In this document: one piece after another, positions 20,177-29,923 of the stretch
Position numbering within the stretch: position 1 is the first letter of the stretch
How the letters are laid out: each line of letters starts with the position of its first letter
Source: Marispirochaeta sp.
GTDB lineage: Bacteria; Spirochaetota; Spirochaetia; JC444; Marispirochaetaceae
Reading direction: 5' to 3'
Length of the DNA stretch: 64,000 nucleotides
Assembly: GCA_963676835.2 (NCBI GenBank)
Contig: CAXXFF010000003.1
Coordinates: 640,001-704,000, forward strand
Program-made: the position numbers and the translations under genes
The notes under the pieces: model-generated
What the model saw: only the letters and a program-made list of their open reading frames with translations
What the model was told of the DNA's origin: nothing
Database searches by the model: none

Positions 20177-21124
20177 CTACTCACCGGCCTTACTGAGAAG
20201 CATAATATCTTCTGCGTCCAGAGACAGTTCCGGTGCCTCAAACAGGGTCTGCAGCTGTCTGGTACTGGTGGCACTTACAATTGGAGCTGTTATTAGGGGA
20301 TTGGCAAGAAGCCATGCAAGAGACACTGCCGCAGGGGAAGAATTATGCTTTTCTGATACCATATCCAAAGCCTCAAGAACTGCTTTACCCCGTTTATCAA
20401 AATATTTCTTGATTGCTCCGCCCCGGGTTGTTTTATCAAAGTCCTCTTCCGATCGGTATTTCCCTGTAAGAAAACCGGCCTCAAGAGACCAGTAGGTAAA
20501 AACACTTAATCCGTATTTCTTAACCACCGGTGCATACTCGTTCTCAAACTGTTCCCGAACAATCAGGTTGTAATGGGGCTGAAGAGAGGTGTATTTTGCA
20601 TATCCATTTTTTTCTGCAGCATCCATAGATTCGTTGATTCGTGCAGGAGACACATTTGAGGCTGCTATATAGCGTACTTTTCCCGCTTTAACGAGGGAAT
20701 CATAGGCCGCCATGGTTTCCTCCACAGGAGTCTTCTCATCATCAAAATGGGTATAGTAGAGATCGATGTAATCTGTCTGCAGCCGGGCAAGGCTTTCATC
20801 TACAGACTTTAGAATATGCTTTCTGCTTATATCTTTGGGGTGCTCCTTTGTCTCCGAGCCTACCTTGGTTGCAATTACAACCTTGTCCCTGTTGCCCCTG
20901 GCATTGAGCCATTTACCGATAATGGTTTCCGACTGACCACCCTTTCCGTCCACCCACCAGGCGTAGGTATCGGCGGTGTCGATAAAATTGAAGCCGTTGC
21001 CGGTAAACGCATCGAGAATTTCAAAGGACTGTTTTTCGTCCAGAGTCCAGCCAAAGACATTGCCGCCGAAGTTAATGGGGGCAATCTGCAGATCTGTGTG
21101 ATTAATAGTTACTGTTTTTGCCAT
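20177..21124 (-). CDS. Aldo/keto reductase
   Basis: GFNFIDTADTY, VIATKVG, SLARLQTDYIDLYYTH, GKVRYI. Confidence 0.93.
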   Translation of the reverse strand: MAKTVTINHTDLQIAPINFGGNVFGWTLDEKQSFEILDAFTGNGFNFIDTADTYAWWVDGKGGQSETIIGKWLNARGNRDKVVIATKVGSETKEHPKDISRKHILKSVDESLARLQTDYIDLYYTHFDDEKTPVEETMAAYDSLVKAGKVRYIAASNVSPARINESMDAAEKNGYAKYTSLQPHYNLIVREQFENEYAPVVKKYGLSVFTYWSLEAGFLTGKYRSEEDFDKTTRGGAIKKYFDKRGKAVLEALDMVSEKHNSSPAAVSLAWLLANPLITAPIVSATSTRQLQTLFEAPELSLDAEDIMLLSKAGE

Positions 21125-21321
21125 AATGTATTGTCCTTATAGTGAACAGTGCTGAGACTGTATCTGTTTTAACAAAAGGTACAAATGGTTACCGCTGCAG
21201 TCAAGTTTGGGGTTTTGGAGGGTTTCATAGAAAATTGCATATAAGAAACGTAATAATTACTGCATTATTCTTTACTTAAAATGAGTATTTAGATCCGTAC
21301 ATACAAAGATTATTTTTTCTT

Positions 21322-21583
21322 ATGCAGGTTGAATGGGATGAAAAGTCCTGATTATCTCCGCGAGGAAAGCGAATAAACTGGCACAGAGGAACTAAAGAAT
21401 CCAGATATTAACTACAGCGATATCGACGAACTTTCAGATGATTTCTGGGAGAATGCAAGAATCGAACAGCCGCAGAAAGTTTCGATTACCATTCGCCTGG
21501 ATGAAGATCTTATAGACTTCATTAAACAGAGCAGCCCGGGATCCCAGACACGCATTAATAGAATCGTGCGGCATTTACCATAA
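21322..21583 (+). pseudogene. Degraded BrnT/BrnA toxin-antitoxin pair
   Basis: ATG 21322 gives MQVEWDEKS* (BrnT N-terminus), then LIISARKANK in a shifted frame (BrnT C-terminus), then a start-less DINYSDIDELSDDFW...KVSITIRLDEDLIDFIK...QTRINRI (BrnA). Confidence 0.75.
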
Positions 21584-21667
21584 ACTTGATTTTTATTTCG
21601 AATCTCCTTTAATCAGCCAAACCGGCGCTTCTGTCTGTGTCTTAATTAATAATTGGGAAGCACTGCT

Positions 21668-21721
21668 GCATAAATAGATCATCCTGGTGTATGAAATCTG
21701 CCAAAAAAGGTATGAGATCCC
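21668..21721. promoter_or_regulatory. Orphan copy of the regulatory element found at 23846-23921
   Basis: 29/32 identity to 23846-23877 plus exact AAAAGGTATGAGATCCC; TCAT-N8-ATGA dyad. Confidence 0.6.
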
Positions 21722-21817
21722 CTATATAGTCCCATCCTCTTCAATTGCACCAAACAGATATTTTACCCGGGGTCTTTTATCTTGCATACAAATATTTAAC
21801 CCCATATACTATTCTCT

Positions 21818-23212
21818 ATGAAAAGAAAGCAACTAAAAGAGCTGCATATATGGCTGAATAATCCCCGGAGAAAACCCTTAGTACTAAGAGGCGCACGGCA
21901 GGTGGGGAAATCTACCTTGGTAAGACTGTTCTCAAAGGAGATAGAGCTTGAACTTGTAGAAATAAACCTTGAACTCCACAGGGATCTGAATCGGGTATTC
22001 GAATCACTTGACCTGGAACGGATCATTCAGAACCTTTCTTCCGTGGCGGGAAAACAGATTAACTCGGGAACGCTTCTTTTTCTGGATGAAATACAGGCAA
22101 CCCCCCAAGCCCTGGCCGCGTTAAGATATTTTTACGAACAACGACCGGATATCGCCCTCGTAGCAGCGGGCTCTCTTTTGGAGTTCACCCTTAAGGAACA
22201 CTCCTTCTCCATGCCCGTAGGACGCATTCAGTACTTGCATTTGGGACCCATGACTTATTTCGAGTTTCTTGAGGAAACCGATCCCTACTTGTTTTCCCTT
22301 ATGGAAAATTTCTCACTCGCCCGCCCCCTTCCGGAAGCATCCCATAAAAAACTCATCAGTAGTCAGAGGGATTTCATGCTTACCGGGGGCATGCCCGAAG
22401 CAGTGCTGGAATATAAGGAGAGCCGGTCCTTCTCACGGGTCAAAGATGTTCACAGATCTATCGGCAATACTTATATGGATGATTTTTCAAAATACGCCCA
22501 AAGCGGCTACCTGGCCGATCTCCAGTCATTGTTCAGGAAAATACCTGCCCAGGTAGGAAAAAAAGTTAAATACGTAAACCTTCTGCCGAATGCCAGGAGC
22601 GCCTATACGGCAAACATGCTGGAACTGCTCAGCAATGCCAGAGTTATTTCCAAAATACATACAAGCGATTTGAGCGGTATCCCTCTGGGCGCGGGGAAAA
22701 ATGAAAAAAAATTCAAGCTGCTCTTCCTTGATGTGGGTCTCCTATCTGCCATGCTCGGACTGGATATTATAGATCTGCAGGGACTCACCGAGAGGGAGCT
22801 TCTTAATGAAGGGACACTCGCCGAACAGTATGTGGGCCAGCATCTTCTTGAGGGTAATTCTTCCGATATGGATTCAGGATTGTATTACTGGATGAGAGAA
22901 GCATCAAAAAGCAATGCGGAAGTAGATTTTGCCATTGCCAGGGGAATGCAAATCTTTCCCATTGAAGTGAAATCAGGCCTTTCGGGCAGTTTGAAATCGC
23001 TTCATCAGCTTATGTTTGAAAAACAACTGCTCTACGCCTTCCGTTTTGATTTACAACCTCACTCGGTTCAAGAGATAGAAACCAAGGTTTCAACCAAAGA
23101 TGGATTAAAAGATTGCCGTTACACTCTCGTCACGCTTCCTTTATATGCTGTAGAGAAAATCCCCTCTGTTATTGATAATATCCGGCAGGGGTCAGTAGAC
23201 CCGGTCCCCTGA
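21818..23212 (+). CDS. AAA_14 / DUF4143 family ATP-binding protein
   Basis: GARQVGKS Walker A, FLDEIQ Walker B, GGMPE, DVGLL, EVDF...PIEVKSG (PD-(D/E)xK-like tail). Confidence 0.9.
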   Translation: MKRKQLKELHIWLNNPRRKPLVLRGARQVGKSTLVRLFSKEIELELVEINLELHRDLNRVFESLDLERIIQNLSSVAGKQINSGTLLFLDEIQATPQALAALRYFYEQRPDIALVAAGSLLEFTLKEHSFSMPVGRIQYLHLGPMTYFEFLEETDPYLFSLMENFSLARPLPEASHKKLISSQRDFMLTGGMPEAVLEYKESRSFSRVKDVHRSIGNTYMDDFSKYAQSGYLADLQSLFRKIPAQVGKKVKYVNLLPNARSAYTANMLELLSNARVISKIHTSDLSGIPLGAGKNEKKFKLLFLDVGLLSAMLGLDIIDLQGLTERELLNEGTLAEQYVGQHLLEGNSSDMDSGLYYWMREASKSNAEVDFAIARGMQIFPIEVKSGLSGSLKSLHQLMFEKQLLYAFRFDLQPHSVQEIETKVSTKDGLKDCRYTLVTLPLYAVEKIPSVIDNIRQGSVDPVP

Positions 23213-23250
23213 AGAAAACTTTGGATGATTTCGTTAATCGCTTGCCGTAA

Positions 23251-23407
23251 TTATTTAGATAGTAGGACGTTTATTTCCGCCTGTTCGGCAAAACGGCTGT
23301 AGTTCAGTTCCTGCCCCATCTGTCCTGCCAGAAGGCGGAGCAGCAGTTCGAAGGCCTGCTGGTTCTCCAGGACAGAGGGCAAGTGCTCAATCAGCGCTGA
23401 AACGACT
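23251..23407 (-). pseudogene. Internal fragment of a second AAA_14/DUF4143-type gene
   Basis: Manual translation LENQQAFELLLRLLAGQMGQELNYSRFAEQAEI resembles the winged-helix segment of this family; no start. Confidence 0.5.
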
Positions 23408-23410
23408 TAT

Positions 23411-23770
23411 TTAATCATCAAAGCGATATGTTGTATTAGTATCGGCGTCATAACCAAATAAATATCCACCGGCAAAGTCACAGCCTAGGGTTCCCAAACT
23501 AGAGTTGGTAATAACGGTGGCACTCGTCTCCGTGTAAGTGTAGGTTCCTGTAATAGTCCAATCATTCGCAGGGTCTAAAACTAATGATTGTCCATGACTA
23601 TTTAAGATCATATAATAATCTGTTTTCACAAAGGAATCATTCAGTAAATACCAGGTCCCCTCAAAATTATTCGTAATCGTCGTATCCGTATCCGAAGCGC
23701 CAGTGTCGGCGCAAGAGGCCAATGCAATCACAATCGATATCAGCACTAATCCCCAAAATTTTATCTTCAT
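23411..23770 (-). CDS. Small lipoprotein
   Basis: MKIKFWGLVLISIVIALASC lipobox; AAGGAG 7 nt upstream; beta-rich FEGTW domain. Confidence 0.8.
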   Translation of the reverse strand: MKIKFWGLVLISIVIALASCADTGASDTDTTITNNFEGTWYLLNDSFVKTDYYMILNSHGQSLVLDPANDWTITGTYTYTETSATVITNSSLGTLGCDFAGGYLFGYDADTNTTYRFDD

Positions 23771-23845
23771 CTTCTGTCTCCTTCTTAAAACAGCCCCTTC
23801 GGCTGTTCCGTATCTTTGTTAATAAAATGATAGTGAGGGCCGTCA

Positions 23846-23921
23846 GCATAAATAAATCATCCCGGTGTATGAATTCTACCTGTACAGAGTATGAGATTAC
23901 CGGGAAAAGGTATGAGATCCC
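23846..23921. promoter_or_regulatory. Candidate response-regulator binding array upstream of the lipoprotein gene
   Basis: TCAT-N8-ATGA dyad and GTATGA at 23867, 23889, 23910 (22 and 21 bp spacing); divergent from a NarL/LuxR regulator gene. Confidence 0.5.
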
Positions 23922-24212
23922 GGATGGAATCACCCCTTCTTATACCAGAGGAAGGCAATTCTCATCTTTTTTATCTCATATCTCATTCTTTGGGATGATT
24001 TCTAACATTCCCGGTTCCTTTTACTATTATGTGCAGACTCCTATGAATCTGACCCGGTTTACCGGTGGAACTAATTCCGATACCAACTCCATCTTCCATG
24101 TCTGCGAACAGGCGCCAAGGCTTTCTTCCCGGGCTGGAAATGGCCGGATGTTTCAGAAACGCGGAGCCAAGCAAAGCAAAATTTGAATTGAGCATGGAAA
24201 GGAATTAGACTT

Positions 24213-24896
24213 ATGCCAAGATGGATAAAAAGAATGATTAGGGTATACCTGGTTGACGATCATAAAATTTTACTCCCCGGCCTTAAAATGGCCGTTGAAA
24301 CCCTTCAGGGCTTTACCGTTACAGGACAGGCTACCGACGGTTTGACCGCGGTCAGGGAGATGGTTGAAAAGGAACCGGATATCTGTATATGCGATCTCTC
24401 CGTTCCCCTGCTGAACGGTTTCGGTATAATACGCAGACTCAAGGAGGAGAAGCTGAAAACAAAGGTAATCCTTCTTACCTCCTATTCGGATGACGGGGTG
24501 ATAAATGAGGCAATGCAGCTACAGGTGGCCGGTTACCTGCTCAAGGAGAACAGCGCCGAAGAGCTGGATATAGCCCTGGAGAATGTGGCTAAGGGTTACC
24601 GCTACTTCACTCCCCGTATCATGACACGCATGGTGGACAGTTTCAAAGGTGGACTGATCGATGAACCCCTTTCCGAGACCCGCCTGAGTCTGGATTCTCT
24701 CACTGCCCGGGAAAAGGATGTCCTTTCCCTTGTCATAAGCGGACTGTCCGGGAAGGAGATCGCTGATAATCTGAACATCTCCGAGCCTACCATGAAAACC
24801 CATAAATCCAATATTCTTAAAAAACTGCATGTTAAAACGACCAGGGAGCTGATTCTTCTTGTCAAAGAGGGGGAACAGCTTCCCTTTCTTATATAA
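24213..24896 (+). CDS. NarL/LuxR family response regulator
   Basis: LVDDH, ICDL, GYLLK receiver; LTAREKDVL...KEIADNLNISEPTMKTHKSNI HTH; start may be 24234. Confidence 0.93.
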   Translation: MPRWIKRMIRVYLVDDHKILLPGLKMAVETLQGFTVTGQATDGLTAVREMVEKEPDICICDLSVPLLNGFGIIRRLKEEKLKTKVILLTSYSDDGVINEAMQLQVAGYLLKENSAEELDIALENVAKGYRYFTPRIMTRMVDSFKGGLIDEPLSETRLSLDSLTAREKDVLSLVISGLSGKEIADNLNISEPTMKTHKSNILKKLHVKTTRELILLVKEGEQLPFLI

Positions 24897-26731
24897 TGTG
24901 CTTGGGAGCACTTGTGAAAGACAGGATTCACGATGGAAAAATGCTCTCTTTTTGTTTGATTCTGCTGATCTTTCTCCCTTCCCTGTACTCCGAGCAGAGA
25001 CATGTTTTTTTTCTGCACACCTATTCCAGTTCCAATGCCCTGCCCTGGATGAAGGGAATAAACGACGGGGTGGATCGGGCTCTGGCCCTGCGTCCCGGCT
25101 GGATCCTTCATTCCGAATATCTCGGCTGGCCCGATACGAAGGACGGCCTGAGCAACAGGGAGTGGTGTGATTACATCTCAAAAAAGTACGGACAGATAGA
25201 GTTTTCCGCCGTTCTCGCCGAAGCATCAATGGCCAGTTCCTTTATCAATAGCTATGGGGAAGAGCTTTTCGGGGATATTCCCAAGGTTCTCTACTCTGTT
25301 GAGGCTCTGGAAGAGAAGCCCAATACCTTCTATCTGAAGAGTGACCAGGATCAATCGATCAGGGAAACCTTTGCACTGGCCCGTGAACAGAACCCGGAAA
25401 GCCCGGAAGTCTTTGTTATTAATAATCAACCCGATCTTTTTGGAAAATCCATGGATGCCATAGGAGACCTTGCCGCCCGGGAGGGTATGACCTTTACCGT
25501 CCTGACCGATTTTTCCAGAGAATCTCTTTTAGAAGAGATGGATAAACTCAAGGGTGATGAGATCGTTTTTTATTTCCTTGTTTATGGAGATAACCGGGGG
25601 AACCGTTTCATCCCCGGAGAAATTCTTCAGGATATCTGCGCTCATAGCGCAGCCCCGGTTTACTCATTCTGGAGTTCCCTCATGGGAAGAGGTCTGGCGG
25701 GGGGCGTTATGCTGGATTCGGGAAAGATCGCCTCGGAGATGTTCCAGGCCGTGGACGATTTCCTTTCCCGGGGCGGTTTCGCCGGCGATTACTCCACATT
25801 ACAGACCTATCTGGACTGGAATACGGTCAAACCCCATAGTCTGCAGACGGATAATCTCCCGGAGGACATTATAATCCTTAACCGTCCTCTCCCTTTCTAT
25901 TCTGTCTATTACAAGCAGATTCTGACCCTGGGGATAGCCGTGCTGCTTCTCATTCTCTCTCTGGTCCTATTCAGCAGGCACCATATCGTCCGGGCCCACC
26001 GGAAACTGGAGAAGATGTACTGGCTTCAGGAAAGGCAGGCGCGAATGGGGGAAATGATGAATTTCGTGGCCCACCAATGGCAGCAGTATCTCTATAGTAT
26101 CTCCCTTTATGTCAACGGCATGGTGAAAAAGGAGCTGCTGAAACCGGAACGTGAACGGCATACGGAATCTCTGGCAGGAATAAAAAACACCCTTGAAAGC
26201 ATGTTCACAACCCTCAAGAATTTCCGTAATTACATTAATCCCCGGAAGAACAGGGAGCTCTTTTCCGTTTCGGAGCAGTGCGAAGCGGTCCTCTCTCTTC
26301 TGGAGGACCTTTTATCAGCCAGTGGAGTAGATCTGACCTATTCCGACCAGGGAGATTCTATGGTCTGGGGAGTAAGGAATGAACTGGAACAGGTCTTGAT
26401 AAATCTGATTGGGAATGCGGTTAACATCTTTAAAGAGAGGACTATCATACAGCCTTTCATTATTCTGACTGTAACAGGAGAAAGTGACCGGGTTCTGGTG
26501 AAAATAGAAGATAACGGGGGCGGTGTTCGACCCGAGCTGGCGGAGGAAATATTTGAAAAATACCTTACAACACGGGAGGAGGGTTCGGGCCTGGGCCTCT
26601 ACATGTCCCGGAGGATTATCCGGGAACGTTTCTACGGCAGCCTGACCCTTGAAAAAGGGGAGAAAGGGGCTCTCTTTATTATTGATATTCCCCGGGAGCC
26701 CCGCATAAAGAAGAGAGGTTCCGGACGGTAA
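24896..26731 (+). CDS. Sensor histidine kinase with periplasmic substrate-binding-like domain
   Basis: TM, MGEMMNFVAHQW H-box, QVLINLIGNA, EDNGGG, GSGLGL; stop/start overlap with the regulator. Confidence 0.9.
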   Translation: MCLGALVKDRIHDGKMLSFCLILLIFLPSLYSEQRHVFFLHTYSSSNALPWMKGINDGVDRALALRPGWILHSEYLGWPDTKDGLSNREWCDYISKKYGQIEFSAVLAEASMASSFINSYGEELFGDIPKVLYSVEALEEKPNTFYLKSDQDQSIRETFALAREQNPESPEVFVINNQPDLFGKSMDAIGDLAAREGMTFTVLTDFSRESLLEEMDKLKGDEIVFYFLVYGDNRGNRFIPGEILQDICAHSAAPVYSFWSSLMGRGLAGGVMLDSGKIASEMFQAVDDFLSRGGFAGDYSTLQTYLDWNTVKPHSLQTDNLPEDIIILNRPLPFYSVYYKQILTLGIAVLLLILSLVLFSRHHIVRAHRKLEKMYWLQERQARMGEMMNFVAHQWQQYLYSISLYVNGMVKKELLKPERERHTESLAGIKNTLESMFTTLKNFRNYINPRKNRELFSVSEQCEAVLSLLEDLLSASGVDLTYSDQGDSMVWGVRNELEQVLINLIGNAVNIFKERTIIQPFIILTVTGESDRVLVKIEDNGGGVRPELAEEIFEKYLTTREEGSGLGLYMSRRIIRERFYGSLTLEKGEKGALFIIDIPREPRIKKRGSGR

Positions 26732-26963
26732 GGGTACATATGCTAGCCTATAAGCGCGATTAACTTTTCCTGTATTTCAGTAATACTTTTATCATCGATT
26801 GTTTCAATGTAGATCGCTTTTCCGGCCTGCCAATCCAGGTTTTTTACCTGATCAGCCAGGGTGTGTATTCCGATGATTTCGGACAGTGATTCCGGCGGAA
26901 AACGGACAGCTGCCTGAAGGAAGTAAATCCTCGTCTTCAGTATGATCAGGTGTCCGTTTTGCG

Positions 26964-27704
26964 TCAATCTACAGCATAGAGTTTCCTCCTTACCGAGTCC
27001 CCGGTTATTACAATTCTATGAGAATGAAAGGCAAGACGGTCCATTATGGCATCGGCAATCGTGGGGTCACCGATAATGCTGTGCCAGTTTTCTACCGGCT
27101 GTTGGGCGATCACTATCGTAGATTTTCTCCGGTGTCGATCTTCAAGGATTTCAAGAAATGCCATCCGTGCAGTATGCTCCAGCGGTTCCAGACCGAAGTC
27201 ATCGATAATGACCAGCTTGTTTTTCATTATGCGTGACAAGTGCTTCAGGTAGGTTCCATCATCCCTTGCCGCCGCTATTTCATTGAATAAACGCGTTGTG
27301 GAAAAGTAAGCGACGGTATACCCATACTGACATGCCTGATGTCCGAAAGCCGATCCAAGAAAACTTTTTCCTCCTCCGGTCGGACCCGTGATGAGCAGGT
27401 CCTGCCCCCGGGATATCCAGGAGCAGGCTGCAAGTCTTAAGATCTGGTTTTTGTCCAGATTCCGGTCGAAGGTATAGTCGATATCTTCAATCGCTGCCTT
27501 ATAGCGGAAACGGGCCGCATTGGCAAGGCGCGCCAGTCGGCGATTGTGTTTCTCATCCCATTCTGAGTCGACAAGGTAGCTGATAACCTCATCGGTCGTA
27601 AGATCCATATGGCGTCCGGTCTCCTGCAGTGTACGGAAGGCCTGTACCATTCCGTGGAGACGCATCTCGGTCATCTTGTTGATTGTCGCCTGATTATTAT
27701 TCAT
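26964..27704 (-). CDS. istB: IS21 helper ATPase IstB
   Basis: GPTGGGKS, IIDDFG, IADAIMDRL, GDSVR. Confidence 0.95.
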   Translation of the reverse strand: MNNNQATINKMTEMRLHGMVQAFRTLQETGRHMDLTTDEVISYLVDSEWDEKHNRRLARLANAARFRYKAAIEDIDYTFDRNLDKNQILRLAACSWISRGQDLLITGPTGGGKSFLGSAFGHQACQYGYTVAYFSTTRLFNEIAAARDDGTYLKHLSRIMKNKLVIIDDFGLEPLEHTARMAFLEILEDRHRRKSTIVIAQQPVENWHSIIGDPTIADAIMDRLAFHSHRIVITGDSVRRKLYAVD

Positions 27705-27712
27705 CGGTTACC

Positions 27713-29275
27713 TCATTTGTAGATTGCAGAATCCCGCAGGTTCTTGTGATCGGCGAAGAGAAACACCTGTTTGTTCTGCTGTTCATCCTTTTCTTGTCGC
27801 ATGATTTCATCCAGATATGCACGAACATCCCGATAACTGATTCTCGAGTAGTTCAACGCACGTCGGCAGGCCCAGTTCAGCCGGTGTGATCCGGCATCCT
27901 TTGCCAGGTTCAGCACACCAAGGCAGGATTTGTACGCCTGCTGCTCATGTGGCTTGCTGTTTAATAGATGTGAAATCACCAGGAACGTCTCTTCTCCAAT
28001 CGACTGAGCCCAGGTGGTAAACTTCTCCGCCGACCATGATTCAACAAACTGATGGTGCCTGGGCATGTGTGCGGACTGTGTGGAGTATTGTCCTTTCTTT
28101 CTGCTCCGGCGGTGCTGGGCTACGCGTACATTCTTGTGATATACCGCTATAATTCGCTCATCAAAGATCACTTTGACCTGTTCTCCCTTCAGCTGCCAGG
28201 GAACAGAGTAGTAGTGCTTATCTTTTGACAGGATAAAGTGATAGTCCGGTGCAATCTTGTGAGTTTCGAAGTATTTCATTGGATACGGTTCGCCCGGCAG
28301 CGTCTTCAGCGCAGACCGTTCGATCTCTTCAAACAACTGACGCCGTGAGATTTGCAGCTTTGTCAGTTTCCGGGTATTGTGTTCTTCAAGAAGTTCTGCG
28401 ATGGCCTGGTTGAGCTCAGCCAACGAATGGAACCTCTTGCCGTACAGCGGGGCGAATATCCGCTGATAGGTTAACTTGACGGCATTCTCCGCCAGGGATT
28501 TGTCTTTCGGTTTATAGGCCCTGGCGGGGATTATCGTCGTCCGGTAGTAATCGGCAAAATCATCGAACAACGGATTAAGCTCCGGCTCATATTTACTCGC
28601 ACTGAGCACGGCCGCCTTCAGGTTATCCGGGACGAGAGCTCGCGGAACCCCGCCGAAGTACCTCAGAGCCCGTTCTGTGGAGCGGACAAAGGCCTCTTGT
28701 TTCTGGCTCTCACTTGCTTCAACATAGGCCAGCTGACTTGCTCCGAGTACCGCAACGAATATTTGTGCCCGCTGCTCATCTCCATCAGGATAGTAAGGGA
28801 ACGTTTCTCCGGCATAGTCGAGATATGCCATATCTCCAGGCTCGTGGGGCTGACGCATCGTCACCTCACCGGAGTCCAGAAACACCGTAAAGTGGTGACA
28901 GAACTGACTGTATCTATATCCGTTTGGATACTTTCTACGGTATTCCTTCCATAGGAACTGCTTCGTCATCCCCCGCTGTTTCAGCCGTTTGGCGTACTCG
29001 GGGAACAGTGTCGTTAGTTGTGTATACTGCTCACTTTCTTCCTGCTTTTTCTCTTCGAACAGGCCAAGCAGCTGCTCATCGGTAAGCTTTTGGCTTGCTG
29101 CATAGCTGATCCCGGTGCGGCGGAATCGCACCAGATATTCGCTGACTGTGGTTTTAGATACTCCGGTCAGTTGGGATACATCCCGAAGTCCCAGCTTGCT
29201 CTCGTACGTGAGCGCAAGCAGTTTACGCATGTGTTTCACATGAATCCTCGCTCTCGACATTCTGTACTCCGTCAA
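27713..29275 (-). CDS. istA: IS21 transposase IstA
   Basis: N-terminal HTH, PGDMAYLDY, FGGVPRALVPDNLK, PKDKSLAEN, YYSVP. Confidence 0.95.
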   Translation of the reverse strand: MTEYRMSRARIHVKHMRKLLALTYESKLGLRDVSQLTGVSKTTVSEYLVRFRRTGISYAASQKLTDEQLLGLFEEKKQEESEQYTQLTTLFPEYAKRLKQRGMTKQFLWKEYRRKYPNGYRYSQFCHHFTVFLDSGEVTMRQPHEPGDMAYLDYAGETFPYYPDGDEQRAQIFVAVLGASQLAYVEASESQKQEAFVRSTERALRYFGGVPRALVPDNLKAAVLSASKYEPELNPLFDDFADYYRTTIIPARAYKPKDKSLAENAVKLTYQRIFAPLYGKRFHSLAELNQAIAELLEEHNTRKLTKLQISRRQLFEEIERSALKTLPGEPYPMKYFETHKIAPDYHFILSKDKHYYSVPWQLKGEQVKVIFDERIIAVYHKNVRVAQHRRSRKKGQYSTQSAHMPRHHQFVESWSAEKFTTWAQSIGEETFLVISHLLNSKPHEQQAYKSCLGVLNLAKDAGSHRLNWACRRALNYSRISYRDVRAYLDEIMRQEKDEQQNKQVFLFADHKNLRDSAIYK

Positions 29276-29675
29276 ATAGTAGTTTTGCTATTGTGACGAG
29301 AGTGCTCGTGTTAATCGAGGATTTCTTATTTCAGGTTAAAGCAATTCCGGCGCTCCGGAAAAACTGTCCGTTTTCGGCCGGAACAGGTGTCCGTTTTTGC
29401 CCGGAATCACTGTCCGCTTTCCTCCGGAATGGGTGTCCGTTTTCGGCCGGTGTACACAAGGGCGGCTCCGGAAATTTTATCACCGTTAATTATTGTTTCA
29501 AAAGGATAACCTTTTATTCTGCTCGTTACCGGACAGCCGATCATTAGTCCGGTTTTCCGGTTGTATTCAAAAGGAGATAAAACAACCGCAGGCCGTTTAC
29601 CCCCCTGCTCATGTCCGGACTGGGAAGTAAAATTCAACCAAACTATATCACCTTTTTCAGGTATGTAACTTTTTC

Positions 29676-29918
29676 TCACCAGATTTCTTTGCCTTCGGAG
29701 TTTCCCCAATCAAGCTGGCTATGCAGATTCGCTTCGGTAATCTTATCCAGCAGAGAATTGATGTCCCGGTTTCTGTTGGTTTCGATAATAATTTTGTCCT
29801 GGTCCTCTTCTATATTTACAGTGGACCCGTTTTCAAGGGATAAGTTTTTAATCATACTCATTGGAATACGTATTCCCAAGCTGTTGCCCCATTTTTGTAT
29901 CTTTGCTTTCACATTCAT
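29676..29918 (-). CDS. mazE: AbrB/MazE family antitoxin
   Basis: Start re-assigned to ATG 29918: KIQKWGNSLGIRIP...LLDKITEANLH...DWGNSEGKEIW; stop overlaps the mazF GTG; imperfect palindrome GTATATACTTTGTTTATAC just upstream. Confidence 0.92.
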   Translation of the reverse strand: MNVKAKIQKWGNSLGIRIPMSMIKNLSLENGSTVNIEEDQDKIIIETNRNRDINSLLDKITEANLHSQLDWGNSEGKEIW

Positions 29919-29923
29919 AGTAT

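Larger units (their letters stand above)
26862..29458 (-). mobile_element. IS21 family insertion sequence (2597 bp)
   Basis: TGTGTA...TACACA ends, repeated CGGACA/TTCCGG subterminal units, 4-bp target duplication AGGG (26858-26861 and 29459-29462), istA-istB. Confidence 0.95.
26743..29679 (-). pseudogene. mazF: MazF/PemK endoribonuclease toxin gene interrupted by IS21
   Basis: 5' half from GTG 29679 (YIPEKGDIVWLNF...GHEQGGKRPAVVLSP...CPVTS) and 3' half (ADQVKNLDW...) rejoin in frame as KISGAALADQVKNLDW, 111 aa, when the IS and one AGGG are removed. Confidence 0.93.

Noticed and set aside
26743..26967. 74-aa ORF as an independent gene
   Set aside because: Chimera of IS21 end sequence and the mazF 3' half.
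29345..29458. ~22-bp periodic repeats as a CRISPR array or iterons
   Set aside because: No unique spacers; these are the subterminal transposase-binding repeats typical of IS21.
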